Positions 7,714 through 16,943 of a stretch of DNA of 64,000 nucleotides are shown one piece after another (positions within the stretch are counted from its first letter, which is position 1; the number at the start of each line of letters is the position of its first letter). The stretch covers positions 1 through 64,000 of the IMG/VR virus record IMGVR_UViG_3300045684_000009; one strand, written 5' to 3'. Position numbers and translations under genes: made by a program. A model generated the notes under the pieces. It did no database searches. It saw only the letters and a list, made by a program, of their open reading frames with translations, and had not been told where the DNA came from. This stretch comes from a virus.

Positions 7714-7861
7714 ATTGTTTCTTAATCAAAGCCTTTTGATTAGCTATCATCTGTTTTCGTTTAGCTATTTCGACATTCTTTAATTCTTTGAAGATGTTAT
7801 ATCTTTTATTTCTAGCTTGAATGTCTTTAACTTTTGTCTTTCTTCCTTTACTTTTTGGCAT
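7685..7861 (-). CDS. small basic protein (58 aa, not in ORF track)
   Basis: MPKSKGRKTKVKDIQARNKR...QYGEEE fills the gap between ClpP-like and thioredoxin genes. Confidence 0.6.
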   Translation of the reverse strand: MPKSKGRKTKVKDIQARNKRYNIFKELKNVEIAKRKQMIANQKALIKKQYEEQYGEEE

Positions 7862-8366
7862 CTTTATAAAATATGTTTGGTTTTTTAAAATACTTCTTAA
7901 TATCAGTATAGCAAAATTCTACATCTTTACCTTTCTTAAATTCTTTCACTTTTTTCTTAGGTATATATCTATTTAAGAACTTAGATAATAGCTTATTAGT
8001 TTTTGCATCTATAACTTCCATATTGTCGTAAGATTTATTCTTTCGTTGACTGACTATCTGTCTACCTATTTTATGGAACATTATATAGTCTAATAACTCC
8101 TCTCTGATGACTATCTTACACTCTAAATGTTTGAACACTAAAATTGCAGCAGCAGAACAATTCTGGAATGTAGGAAATACATCGATTTTATCTTTTCTAG
8201 AGTTAATATAATCTGCTAATACATGCATAAATGGTATCTCGCCGCCAGGTGAAGAAAAGTATAAATTAATATACTGCCAATTAGCCATTTCATCAATTAG
8301 TACCGCTACTGTTTCGTTAGTAATAGTTTCATCAAAAATTATAGTGTGTACATAAGTCTCATTCAT
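7848..8366 (-). CDS. ClpP-like serine protease
   Basis: INLYFSSPGGE, CSAA (Ser), IMFH (His), GKDVEF (Asp). Confidence 0.75.
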   Translation of the reverse strand: MNETYVHTIIFDETITNETVAVLIDEMANWQYINLYFSSPGGEIPFMHVLADYINSRKDKIDVFPTFQNCSAAAILVFKHLECKIVIREELLDYIMFHKIGRQIVSQRKNKSYDNMEVIDAKTNKLLSKFLNRYIPKKKVKEFKKGKDVEFCYTDIKKYFKKPNIFYKDAKK

Positions 8367-8387
8367 CTACTTTAATTTAATTCATTA

Positions 8388-9131
8388 TTAATCTCTAAAC
8401 CCAAAGTTCTCATATAATTCAGATGTCGCATCTGATTTCCAAAACTCTTCAGTATCAACATTCATTATTGTAACATACCCATCGTATCCAGCTCCTGAAT
8501 CTATATTCCAAACATTCTTTCTTTTTTCAGGATATGAATACGATTGAGAATGTCCTATGAACACTTTATTATAAGGATTATCAGGATAAGCATTTGAACC
8601 TGCTTTATTCCAAAACTCTCTATTCCAATATAAATCTGACCCCCCATCCATTTGGAAAGATAAACTGTTTTCAATCTTATGTTGTTGATTCTTCCACCCA
8701 GCATGCACATAAGCGTTATTATCGTCGTCTATGTAATATTTTATAAGACTGTTTAAGAATGCGCTAAATATTGGTGGAGGGTATCCTCCGAACACTCTAT
8801 GATGTCCTACGAGGTTAGTACCTATACCCATAGATTCTAAAGTACTTTTACCGCCTTGATGATACCAAATATCTTCAATATTTATCCAATTCTCACTTAT
8901 AGCATCTAAAGCCCACGCATCGTGATTTCCTAATATACCTATCCAATTAGGTAAATTCATAAGATACTCCATGACAGGTAAGACCTCTATATGTGCGCCA
9001 CCATCTATGTAGTCACCTATAGTTATCAAACGATCTTGTGCAGGATCAAAAGGCGATCGCTCAATTGCTTGAACCATCCCTTTATAATTTCCATGAAGAT
9101 CTCCCATTACATATGTATCTCTAAAATTCAT
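8388..9131 (-). CDS. metallophosphoesterase (Ser/Thr protein phosphatase-like)
   Basis: GDLHG, GDYID, GNHD, VHAG, GHS, IDSG motifs. Confidence 0.9.
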   Translation of the reverse strand: MNFRDTYVMGDLHGNYKGMVQAIERSPFDPAQDRLITIGDYIDGGAHIEVLPVMEYLMNLPNWIGILGNHDAWALDAISENWINIEDIWYHQGGKSTLESMGIGTNLVGHHRVFGGYPPPIFSAFLNSLIKYYIDDDNNAYVHAGWKNQQHKIENSLSFQMDGGSDLYWNREFWNKAGSNAYPDNPYNKVFIGHSQSYSYPEKRKNVWNIDSGAGYDGYVTIMNVDTEEFWKSDATSELYENFGFRD

Positions 9132-9133
9132 TA

Positions 9134-9748
9134 TTAACTTTGGTTTATATTATTCTCCGTTTCAAACTCGTCTATAGACGTTAACGTATCTGCATTTACT
9201 GCACTTCTATACGACGTATTAGTTGCGTTTACTGAATAAACTATTGAACCATATTCTGCAGCACTATCGTTAAAGCTTTTAGTCATCCCTCTAGATACTC
9301 CAAAAGATTGAGCTGTTTTAATTGACTCTTCATCTGCGCCCACAAAAGACACTAGCCAGTCGTTCTTTCTAAGTTTCTTAATAATTTTCTTTACATCTTT
9401 AAATGTGTATTTTTTGGAAGAGTTCTCCTCACCGTCTGTAAATATGTTTACAACACCTCCGTCAAAACCTTTAGGTAGTGAGTTAACACCTTCGCAGATT
9501 GCATCATACAATGCAGTTCCTGAACCTGATATTCTTAATGTTTCGAAATTAGTAATACTACTACCCCCAACAAATTTACCACCATCTCTTACAGACGAGT
9601 CAAAGAATATTACTTGAGTGTAATTACCATCTCCCGCATTTTTTACATCGTTCAATGCTGAGTTTAAACCTGCTTTAGCTGCATCAATCTTTTCACCCGA
9701 CATCGATGGGGAAGTGTCTACTATAAATAAATTGCAAATCTTTTTCAT
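9134..9748 (-). CDS. von Willebrand factor A domain protein
   Basis: MIDAS DTSPSM, GTALYDAI, IFTDGEENSS. Confidence 0.9.
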   Translation of the reverse strand: MKKICNLFIVDTSPSMSGEKIDAAKAGLNSALNDVKNAGDGNYTQVIFFDSSVRDGGKFVGGSSITNFETLRISGSGTALYDAICEGVNSLPKGFDGGVVNIFTDGEENSSKKYTFKDVKKIIKKLRKNDWLVSFVGADEESIKTAQSFGVSRGMTKSFNDSAAEYGSIVYSVNATNTSYRSAVNADTLTSIDEFETENNINQS

Positions 9749-9775
9749 ATTTTATATTGTTTAAGTTAATAATTG

Positions 9776-9848
9776 AAGCGGGGGAGGGACTCGAACCCTC
9801 GATCTCAAGGTTATGAGCCTTGTGAGTTACCATCTTCTCCACCCCGCT
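9776..9848 (-). tRNA. tRNA-Met(CAU), initiator-like
   Basis: cloverleaf AGCGGGG/CCCCGCT acceptor, CAAGG-CTCATAA-CCTTG anticodon arm, GAGGG-TTCGAGT-CCCTC T arm; CCA not encoded. Confidence 0.92.
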
Positions 9849-10590
9849 ATACGTATCTTAATTTAGTTTCTTTAATAAAGTTTTCAATTATATTTTTTAA
9901 ATCTTTAGGTTTCGGATCATCACCTAAATGTTTATATCCGTTAGCCAATTTAAAAGACCAATAATCTAAGTTACTACTATTCCAATAAAACTTATTTAAT
10001 AACCTTTCTGTCATGTCCTGTTTTATAGGATGCAGTTTCTTATTTATTTTAGTCTTTATTTTCCCATCATCTGTAATCCACCGCAAACCTGCGTAAGGGT
10101 AATTCTCTCTGACATAATCTACTTCTATTAACCCTTCTTGACACACGAACACATAATAATTTGGACAATAATATTTAGGACTCCCATCTTCCTTTAAAAG
10201 ATATTGACCTTTTGATTCGTAAACCTTTCTGAAGAACTCATGTTTCTTCCCCTTCACTGATTGCTCTTTAGCTACATCAGTCGAGTGGCATTTTATTTCG
10301 TCTTCATACGTAAGACCATTCTTCATCATGAACCAATCACTTTCCCAAAATTTAGAAGAATCATCTGAAAATAAGTATTTATTTCTACAACAATATTTAT
10401 GTGTTTTTGCGTAGTTGTTGTAGAGAACATATTGTATCTTCTTCTCTGTCCACCCTTTCGAATATTTATCATTTGGTACTCTGGTAATACCAGTAACTAC
10501 ACTATCTACATTTATCAATTTATCTTTCTTTTTGGTAGACTTTTTTCTTCTAGACTTCCTTCTAGTTTTTCTTCGTCTTCGTATTGTCAT
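9847..10590 (-). CDS. PD-(D/E)XK nuclease-like protein (MmcB-like)
   Basis: WESD...YEDEIK...D...KKH...PNYYVFVC motif order; basic N-tail. Confidence 0.6.
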   Translation of the reverse strand: MTIRRRRKTRRKSRRKKSTKKKDKLINVDSVVTGITRVPNDKYSKGWTEKKIQYVLYNNYAKTHKYCCRNKYLFSDDSSKFWESDWFMMKNGLTYEDEIKCHSTDVAKEQSVKGKKHEFFRKVYESKGQYLLKEDGSPKYYCPNYYVFVCQEGLIEVDYVRENYPYAGLRWITDDGKIKTKINKKLHPIKQDMTERLLNKFYWNSSNLDYWSFKLANGYKHLGDDPKPKDLKNIIENFIKETKLRYV

Positions 10591-10894
10591 CTATTGTCAG
10601 TCCATATTTATCTAAAAAACTATCAACTTGACTGTTTGCAAACTCGTCATCAAACTGAAACTCAATTTTAAACTGCTCGAACAACCAATCTTTATATACA
10701 CTTCTTTGTGCGGTGGTCCAAGTAAATATTTCATACCATTCCAACACACCCTCTATATCTACTCCACCAAGCTCTTTCATATCAAGGGCGTCCTCATATT
10801 GAGTGAGTTGTTCGTAATTAAAATCGTTATCCGAAACCTCAAACATGCGATTAATGAACCTCTTTAATAATACTTCTTCTTCATTCATTGTCAA
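10562..10894 (-). CDS. hypothetical protein
   Basis: 110-aa acidic ORF in operon. Confidence 0.7.
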   Translation of the reverse strand: MTMNEEEVLLKRFINRMFEVSDNDFNYEQLTQYEDALDMKELGGVDIEGVLEWYEIFTWTTAQRSVYKDWLFEQFKIEFQFDDEFANSQVDSFLDKYGLTIDDNTKTKKN

Positions 10895-11327
10895 ATATTT
10901 TTCTATAGTATTTTCCGTTTATGTTATCATTATATGATTCCAACTCTATAACTTCTTTACAAAATTGGTATTTAGTTTCGAAATATGTTAGTTGAGACTT
11001 TGTAGGACAAAACATTAGTATTTCTTTTTCTATCGGTTTCCCGTCTCTGATGTCTGATAAAAGCTCTTTACAAGAACCATTATATGTCGCCCAATCGCTT
11101 TCTTTTTCAGTATACTTGAATTTGGAAAGCCTTTTATCTGTTAACTCATTTAATTCTTTTTTAGTTAATTTCTTCTTTCTTCTGTATATTAACTGCTTCT
11201 TACCTATGTAAAACTTACCACTTTCTGTGTTTGTTATTTTGTAGACAAATCCAAAAGAATTTGGTGGTATATCAACCATTGAGTTAATTACTCTTCCTCC
11301 GAATTTCCAACTATTCTTTTCTTGCAT
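10881..11327 (-). CDS. GIY-YIG endonuclease
   Basis: GFVYKITN...FYIGKK...ESDW.TY.GS...YFE...YNDNI. Confidence 0.85.
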   Translation of the reverse strand: MQEKNSWKFGGRVINSMVDIPPNSFGFVYKITNTESGKFYIGKKQLIYRRKKKLTKKELNELTDKRLSKFKYTEKESDWATYNGSCKELLSDIRDGKPIEKEILMFCPTKSQLTYFETKYQFCKEVIELESYNDNINGKYYRKIFDNE

Positions 11328-11557
11328 TCTGCCATTCTTTTTAATAACCTAACTTCATATTTTCCTAAATTAGCGTATGATGATATGATTTCATATAAAC
11401 CTTTTAATAAAACCATGTCACAGGTATCTTCATTGAAATTACCGAATTCGTCTGTCCTAATCCAAATTTCAAACTCACCAAGATCCATACCTTCTATGAA
11501 AGAATTTGGATTGTCTAGTATGCTTTTATAATAATCATGTTCATCTTCCATAGTCAC
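11288..11557 (-). CDS. hypothetical protein
   Basis: 89-aa ORF in operon. Confidence 0.6.
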   Translation of the reverse strand: MTMEDEHDYYKSILDNPNSFIEGMDLGEFEIWIRTDEFGNFNEDTCDMVLLKGLYEIISSYANLGKYEVRLLKRMAECKKRIVGNSEEE

Positions 11558-11808
11558 TCTTCTTCATCTTTAGAACGATGAGGGTCAATCAACTTACAAG
11601 CCTCTTCGTATGTATATCCGTACACCATCATTAAGTCATATGCCAAGTTTTGGTCGTAAAGAAGTTTAGAATAGTGCCACTCAATTTCGCTAATTATCAT
11701 ATTAGGGTTTTCTTTTCTGAACTTCTTTAAATCCTTGTGTTCTTGGGAGGCAGATCTTTTTCTGCCTCCATTTGGATTCATAAACCTATCAAAACCTTTC
11801 TTAGACAC
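11554..11808 (-). CDS. hypothetical protein
   Basis: 84-aa ORF in operon. Confidence 0.65.
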   Translation of the reverse strand: MSKKGFDRFMNPNGGRKRSASQEHKDLKKFRKENPNMIISEIEWHYSKLLYDQNLAYDLMMVYGYTYEEACKLIDPHRSKDEEE

Positions 11809-12763
11809 TTTTCATAAATTTAAAATATTCAGAATTACTAATCTTAAACTGAGCACCTGTATCTTGACATTTCATAACTCTTTGTATAGTACCTGCTCCT
11901 GTACTTATTGTAGTAAGTAACTTCACATTATCTGACCCCGTATAAGGTGAAGTCCATCTAGCTTCTCCTGTCATTGCACCTAAGTGTACTGGTAATTTAA
12001 AGTACTTTCTTAAATGTACAAATAAATCTTCTGTAGCTACTATATCTCCTATATTATAGTCCACCATTTTCTGTAGATATTCCTTCTGTTCTTTAGCAGT
12101 TCCATCCTCAACCATGTCCCACATCAATATACCCTCGTGATTTAACTTATTAGACAAACCAAAATACTTGGTCATAAAATCCATAGAATATGATGGTAAT
12201 CTAAATGCAGATTTAGCTTGCCTCATTAAATCAAATGATTTGACATATACGTTTACGTCTAACCCGTATTTTGCTGCTCGAGCATTGATCCATCTGTTAT
12301 CGAAACTATTATTGTTTACACCGATAATTAAGTCTGCTTTGTTATATTCTTTTAAGAACTCTTTTAATAACTTCTTATCTGAATGTTTAGAGTCCCACAC
12401 CAACGTTTTGACATTGTCTTCTCCAAACCACTTCCAAGCTACAGATATGATGCTAGGTTCTTTCTTCATATCTTTATGAGATAAAAACTGCTTACCTGTC
12501 CAGAACCTTTTAAACTCAGCTCTACTTGTTTCTAAATCATATATCAACAATCTAGGTGTGTCACCGTTATGTGTTTTTTTAAGGTGTTGAAAGTTCTTAC
12601 TAATCCACCTTCGGAAATGGTCCAAGTCTGTAGCTCCATACTCGTAATCGTCGCCTAACACTTCAGCAGCAATTCGTGTAAAGTTCATACCGTTAGATTC
12701 TTTTGATTTCATCAACTTTTCGATGTCAGAAGAATATTTAGACCATTTTGATTTATTACTCAT
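11801..12763 (-). CDS. RNase H-fold DEDD 3'-5' exonuclease
   Basis: IYDLETS (ExoI), NNNSFD (ExoII), YNIGD (ExoIII). Confidence 0.85.
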   Translation of the reverse strand: MSNKSKWSKYSSDIEKLMKSKESNGMNFTRIAAEVLGDDYEYGATDLDHFRRWISKNFQHLKKTHNGDTPRLLIYDLETSRAEFKRFWTGKQFLSHKDMKKEPSIISVAWKWFGEDNVKTLVWDSKHSDKKLLKEFLKEYNKADLIIGVNNNSFDNRWINARAAKYGLDVNVYVKSFDLMRQAKSAFRLPSYSMDFMTKYFGLSNKLNHEGILMWDMVEDGTAKEQKEYLQKMVDYNIGDIVATEDLFVHLRKYFKLPVHLGAMTGEARWTSPYTGSDNVKLLTTISTGAGTIQRVMKCQDTGAQFKISNSEYFKFMKSV

Positions 12764-12765
12764 AT

Positions 12766-13230
12766 TTATTTAGTTTTCGATATAATATTTGGTTTTTTCC
12801 AAGTTCCAATGGCAAGCGAATCTACATGTTCATTCCAATAATTACCATTGTGCGCTCTAACATGTTTTACTTTAAATTCATGTTTTTTATGATTCTTGTA
12901 AATACATTGCCAGTAGTCTACATGTGCCACAGTGGTCTTTTTAGTTGTTTTCCAATCATTCTTCACCCAATTATGCATCCAACTGTTAATGCCATTTACT
13001 CCGTACTTAGAGTCACTAAATATCTTTATCTGTTGTCTAGGTTGTATATTCTCAGCAGTCCAAGACATCGCATTACACAGTGCTCTTATTTCTTCATTCT
13101 GAGAAGTTGTGGAGGAACAATACCCTTTATCTTCTTTTATTATATTTTCATCAGCATCTAATACAACATATGCCCATCCACCTTCTTCTTGAGCTTTTCT
13201 ACAACTTCCATCAGTATATACTTTAATCAT
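12766..13230 (-). CDS. rnhA: ribonuclease HI
   Basis: YTDGSC, NEEIRA, SDSKY, HVRAH.G...NEHVDSLA. Confidence 0.92.
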   Translation of the reverse strand: MIKVYTDGSCRKAQEEGGWAYVVLDADENIIKEDKGYCSSTTSQNEEIRALCNAMSWTAENIQPRQQIKIFSDSKYGVNGINSWMHNWVKNDWKTTKKTTVAHVDYWQCIYKNHKKHEFKVKHVRAHNGNYWNEHVDSLAIGTWKKPNIISKTK

Positions 13231-13285
13231 TCTCTTCTTTTTTGTAAAGGTGGTAGATTGTCAAGTCTACCACCCTGTCCAACCT

Positions 13286-14167
13286 TTAACTATTCAACTC
13301 ATCAACTATATTAATCATTTCCTTAACTTCATCTCTTAAGTATTCAAATGTATACTGTTTAGCAGTGTTAACATCGTAATCTGTATAATGAGTTATAGAT
13401 AAGTTTCTAACTGTATATCCTGCTAACTCTAACAAGTAACAATACATACTTTGCTGTAGTTGATACTTTACCAATTTAGAAGCACTGAGGTGTTGGAATG
13501 GTTCGTTAAACTTATAATACGACTCTTTCTTGCCCAACTTCTTATTAGTCTTATGATCGTCTACATCTACATATCTCACACCATCTATTGTCTCAATAAA
13601 CGCTAAATCAATCTGACCAACTACATAAATATTATCGAACTTCCCCCAAACCAACAACTCAACATAACAACCATCTTCCAAATCATATAAATCATCTACT
13701 ATATTCTCGTTATCGAACGTCTTATCTACGATTATTACTTTTACTTCTTTCTGAGTGTGAGGGTTGATGGCCAGCTTACTTTTGTATAATTCATCCTCAA
13801 TCTCTTTGTGGAACTTTGTACCTAGTATTCCAGCATCTTTCCACTCTTGTTTAACTTCATTTTTAGCTTCAAAAAACTCATCAGGGTTCACGTAGTAACT
13901 TAACTTATCGAAAAAAGTTCTTGGTGGCTTCATTATGAAAGGCATCTTCCATAAGTATATGGATTTCAAATAATCCTTCTTTAAGGCTTTAAGTTGATCT
14001 TCTCCTAATACTTTCTTAAAAGCACCATTTGTATGCCAATAGGGTTCATCCATAGGTTCAGAAAACTGACTTATCAGAGTCGTAACAGATATCCCCTGGC
14101 TCTGTTCTATCCAATAAGTGTGATCTTCTTCTTTAAATATTATACTGGGTGTCCCCTTTTTTATCAT
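13286..14167 (-). CDS. PD-(D/E)XK exonuclease
   Basis: SVTTLI, GTKFH, GQIDL, DHKTN, YQLQQSMY. Confidence 0.85.
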   Translation of the reverse strand: MIKKGTPSIIFKEEDHTYWIEQSQGISVTTLISQFSEPMDEPYWHTNGAFKKVLGEDQLKALKKDYLKSIYLWKMPFIMKPPRTFFDKLSYYVNPDEFFEAKNEVKQEWKDAGILGTKFHKEIEDELYKSKLAINPHTQKEVKVIIVDKTFDNENIVDDLYDLEDGCYVELLVWGKFDNIYVVGQIDLAFIETIDGVRYVDVDDHKTNKKLGKKESYYKFNEPFQHLSASKLVKYQLQQSMYCYLLELAGYTVRNLSITHYTDYDVNTAKQYTFEYLRDEVKEMINIVDELNS

Positions 14168-14170
14168 TCA

Positions 14171-14178
14171 CAAATATA
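14171..14178 (-). promoter_or_regulatory. -7 box TATATTTG of early operon
   Basis: matches Bacteroidota TAnnTTTG; 3 nt before ATG of 13286..14167. Confidence 0.7.
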
Positions 14179-14215
14179 CTAAAAAATAATCTATTTTAGG
14201 GTAAATCAACACCCA

Positions 14216-14254
14216 ATAACGTTTATTTAACACTAACCGTTAAAGTTCGGTTAA
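14216..14254. promoter_or_regulatory. putative operator ATAAC-N6-TTAAC-N7-GTTAA-N6-GTTAA
   Basis: same architecture as 276-313, inside divergent intergenic region. Confidence 0.55.
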
Positions 14255-14470
14255 ATGTTTCTAATTCACCCAATAATTAAAATAAATTCATTACCTTTAC
14301 GGACTATAAGGTTATAACAAATAATATATAACACATCAAGCTTCTCTCATTATATAAAATGTTGTTCTCCGCAGCTATTATATAATGAATTATAACTTGG
14401 TTATGTTATAACAATATATGTTAAAAGTAAATAAGTTATTTACTTTGGGTAAAAACAATTATTATTTAAA

Positions 14471-14478
14471 TATATTTG
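14471..14478 (+). promoter_or_regulatory. -7 box TATATTTG of late block
   Basis: TAnnTTTG consensus 10 nt before ATG 14489. Confidence 0.7.
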
Positions 14479-14488
14479 CACTTACGTA

Positions 14489-14893
14489 ATGAATATAGAG
14501 AAAGTGAATGAAAATACATTATTAGCTAATTACGCTGATGATTTTGAAGAGTTGAACGATTTTATTAAGTTATTAATCGATGTGTTCTCTGCTGCAAGAT
14601 TGTCTAGAGACAATTGGCTTACAGAAAGAGAGAAGGATTTTTTTACTGCATTGGTTGTTTCATATCATTCAGGAATAAAGAATCATATTGACCAAGGGTC
14701 TGACGATATTTATAATAAATTCTTCGGATCTCATAAGAAAAAAGAAAGAAGTATTTGGTTAAACAACCTTCAAAAGAAAAAGTGGGTTACTTACAATCGA
14801 GATGGATTTGATATAAATCCGTTTTTTAAAGTTACAAACTTGATGGAAGATGCCAATGTTGTTATTAATTTAGATTTTACATATAAATCGTGA
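14489..14893 (+). CDS. putative winged-helix DNA-binding protein
   Basis: LTEREKDFF start of helix, LNNLQKKKWV..F.INP wing-like pattern. Confidence 0.5.
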   Translation: MNIEKVNENTLLANYADDFEELNDFIKLLIDVFSAARLSRDNWLTEREKDFFTALVVSYHSGIKNHIDQGSDDIYNKFFGSHKKKERSIWLNNLQKKKWVTYNRDGFDINPFFKVTNLMEDANVVINLDFTYKS

Positions 14894-15309
14894 TAGGTAA
14901 TAAGTTCTTTAAAAGACATGAGAAGGTGTTTAATAAGCTTTCAGTAAAGCACAGTGTTACAATACCGCAGATAAAAGAGATGTTAGAATTCTTTTTTAAG
15001 GATTTAAAAGAATCGATAGAGTCTCCAATGATGCCATCTATAAAGATAAAAGGACTGGGGTCATTTGTACCATCACTAGGACGAATAAAAGAAAGGTTTA
15101 GAATGAAATTTATTCATTTTAGATTGGGAAACATAAGTAGAGAAAATATATCTGAATTTATAAGGTTTCATTGGCCAGCGTATAATAGATTAAAAGAAGA
15201 ACATAATAAGAAGAATACTTGGAGTTTTTGGAAAAAAGTCAATAAAGATGAGTATCCTGAAAGCTTTTATAAACTAAAAGATGAGCAAGCAAGAAACGAA
15301 ACAGACTGA
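14890..15309 (+). CDS. HU/IHF-like DNA-binding protein
   Basis: helix-helix then SIKIKGLGSF arm motif. Confidence 0.7.
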   Translation: MIGNKFFKRHEKVFNKLSVKHSVTIPQIKEMLEFFFKDLKESIESPMMPSIKIKGLGSFVPSLGRIKERFRMKFIHFRLGNISRENISEFIRFHWPAYNRLKEEHNKKNTWSFWKKVNKDEYPESFYKLKDEQARNETD

Positions 15310-15664
15310 GTATAAGCAATACATTGGTCGAATTATATCTCCTGAAAATAGGAATAGAATAAAAGGTGAACTACAGGCGTATTTTATCAACACTATTGCC
15401 AAACAAGAGAAGTACGGGGAATTAAGCAATGAAGGAATATTAACAGCAGCCAACACATACGCTAATCATTTTGTAGGAAGGGAGCGAAAGCATTTTGCTG
15501 CATATTTGGAGGGTAAGTCTTTTTATGACTACAAAGGTGCTACATATCCTGTATTGACCGATACTTCTAAACCTGTATTCTTCTCGGATATGAGTGAACT
15601 TTATGGGTTAGATGTTAACAATTTAGAAGAAATAGTTCCTTACGAAAAAGATGAAGAAGAATGA
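15281..15664 (+). CDS. hypothetical protein
   Basis: 127-aa ORF in operon. Confidence 0.7.
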   Translation: MSKQETKQTEYKQYIGRIISPENRNRIKGELQAYFINTIAKQEKYGELSNEGILTAANTYANHFVGRERKHFAAYLEGKSFYDYKGATYPVLTDTSKPVFFSDMSELYGLDVNNLEEIVPYEKDEEE

Positions 15665-16017
15665 AAGATGACAGAATAGATGATGCTTTTGGGCGAAGTG
15701 TTGGTAAAATATTAAAGGTTGAAACCGAGAAGTTAAATGTTGTCGAACCTTTAGAAATTAGATCGATAGAAGAGTTGAAAGCTTGGGGTACAATATTGTT
15801 ATCATTAAAAGATGGACTACCCCTACCAAACAATCCGATAATAAACATTAAAAGACTAGAGAGAATAGAAAAGGAAACAGGTGCAGATTATTCTAAATTA
15901 AAAGAGTGCTGCTCTGGGTCAAATGAGATAAGAGATTCGAAAGACCTTAAACCTTATTTCTTTGCTATTTTAGATAGAATACATAAGTTAGGTAAATTAA
16001 ACGTAAAAGTAAGATAA
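15661..16017 (+). CDS. hypothetical protein
   Basis: 118-aa ORF, ATGA overlap. Confidence 0.65.
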   Translation: MKDDRIDDAFGRSVGKILKVETEKLNVVEPLEIRSIEELKAWGTILLSLKDGLPLPNNPIINIKRLERIEKETGADYSKLKECCSGSNEIRDSKDLKPYFFAILDRIHKLGKLNVKVR

Positions 16018-16022
16018 GTAAT

Positions 16023-16544
16023 ATGAGTGAGACAAGTACAATGACAGACATGCAGCGACTTTGGGATGAACAATATCCTGAGTTTATAAAAGATCATAGT
16101 TATTTTGTGGATTATGAAGGGTGGCGACCAAAAGAGAATCATGCAGTAGTTCGATTTTTTGTTCTTAGAAAGAAGACAACAATAATCGTTAAAGATAATA
16201 TGTCCGACACCTTGGGTAAGGAAATAGCGATTCCTACAAACTTTGCTATGGTTATTTTGTCAGATATTGACGGTGTGAACGTAGGAGACATTGTAGAGTT
16301 CCCATTTACGGAAACTGCAGGTACGGTCGAGAATCCAAAGATGAAGGCTTACATAGAGTCTGCGGGCGTTAAGGGGGCTACTCCTGTACTACCATTAGAC
16401 CAAAGAGAAAGAATCGGGGCGTTAGAATATAATCATAAAAGAAAAATGGTCATGAAACCAGGGAATGTGTTTCCACAAGGTGATGACTTTTATACTTTTT
16501 CATTCAGTAAGGCAGAGATGCTTTTAGTAAACACACCGAAGTAA
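16023..16544 (+). CDS. GroES-like (co-chaperonin fold) protein
   Basis: RPKENHAVVR...AMVI...VNVGDIVEF pattern. Confidence 0.45.
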   Translation: MSETSTMTDMQRLWDEQYPEFIKDHSYFVDYEGWRPKENHAVVRFFVLRKKTTIIVKDNMSDTLGKEIAIPTNFAMVILSDIDGVNVGDIVEFPFTETAGTVENPKMKAYIESAGVKGATPVLPLDQRERIGALEYNHKRKMVMKPGNVFPQGDDFYTFSFSKAEMLLVNTPK

Positions 16545-16927
16545 TGGGTTTTTGGGGCATACTTAAAAACATAAGAAAGCGGGGTTTAAAAGATGTAACA
16601 AATCCTGTAAAGATATCTAACTTCTTAGATTTTAAAGATATAAAAGAAAACGGATTAACCCTTTCTTATGACGAAATAGTACCATACTGTGAACAATTAG
16701 TTTTTAGGATGTATAACGCAGGGTGTAAACCTTGTATGGATAGAGGAGCATGCACACATTGTGAATGTGAACAACCAGGCTCTGCAATTACACCTAATCA
16801 CGAATGCGACCAAAGTTACTACCCTCCTATGTTTTTTGAAACAGATGGAGATGGAAATACGAAACTATCCATTAATAAGTGGAACGATTATAAAAAAGAG
16901 AAAGGAATAAATTTTAAAACATTTTAA
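16544..16927 (+). CDS. Cys-rich putative zinc-binding protein
   Basis: CKPC...CTHCEC...C. Confidence 0.65.
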   Translation: MGFWGILKNIRKRGLKDVTNPVKISNFLDFKDIKENGLTLSYDEIVPYCEQLVFRMYNAGCKPCMDRGACTHCECEQPGSAITPNHECDQSYYPPMFFETDGDGNTKLSINKWNDYKKEKGINFKTF

Positions 16928-16943
16928 GAAAGAAAGCTTAGTT

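Noticed and set aside
7685-7861. Ribosomal protein bS21 homolog
   Set aside because: Small and basic, but lacks the bS21 ALRRFKR / YEKPS-type motifs
9773-9964. 63-aa + strand ORF
   Set aside because: It is the antisense reading of the tRNA gene
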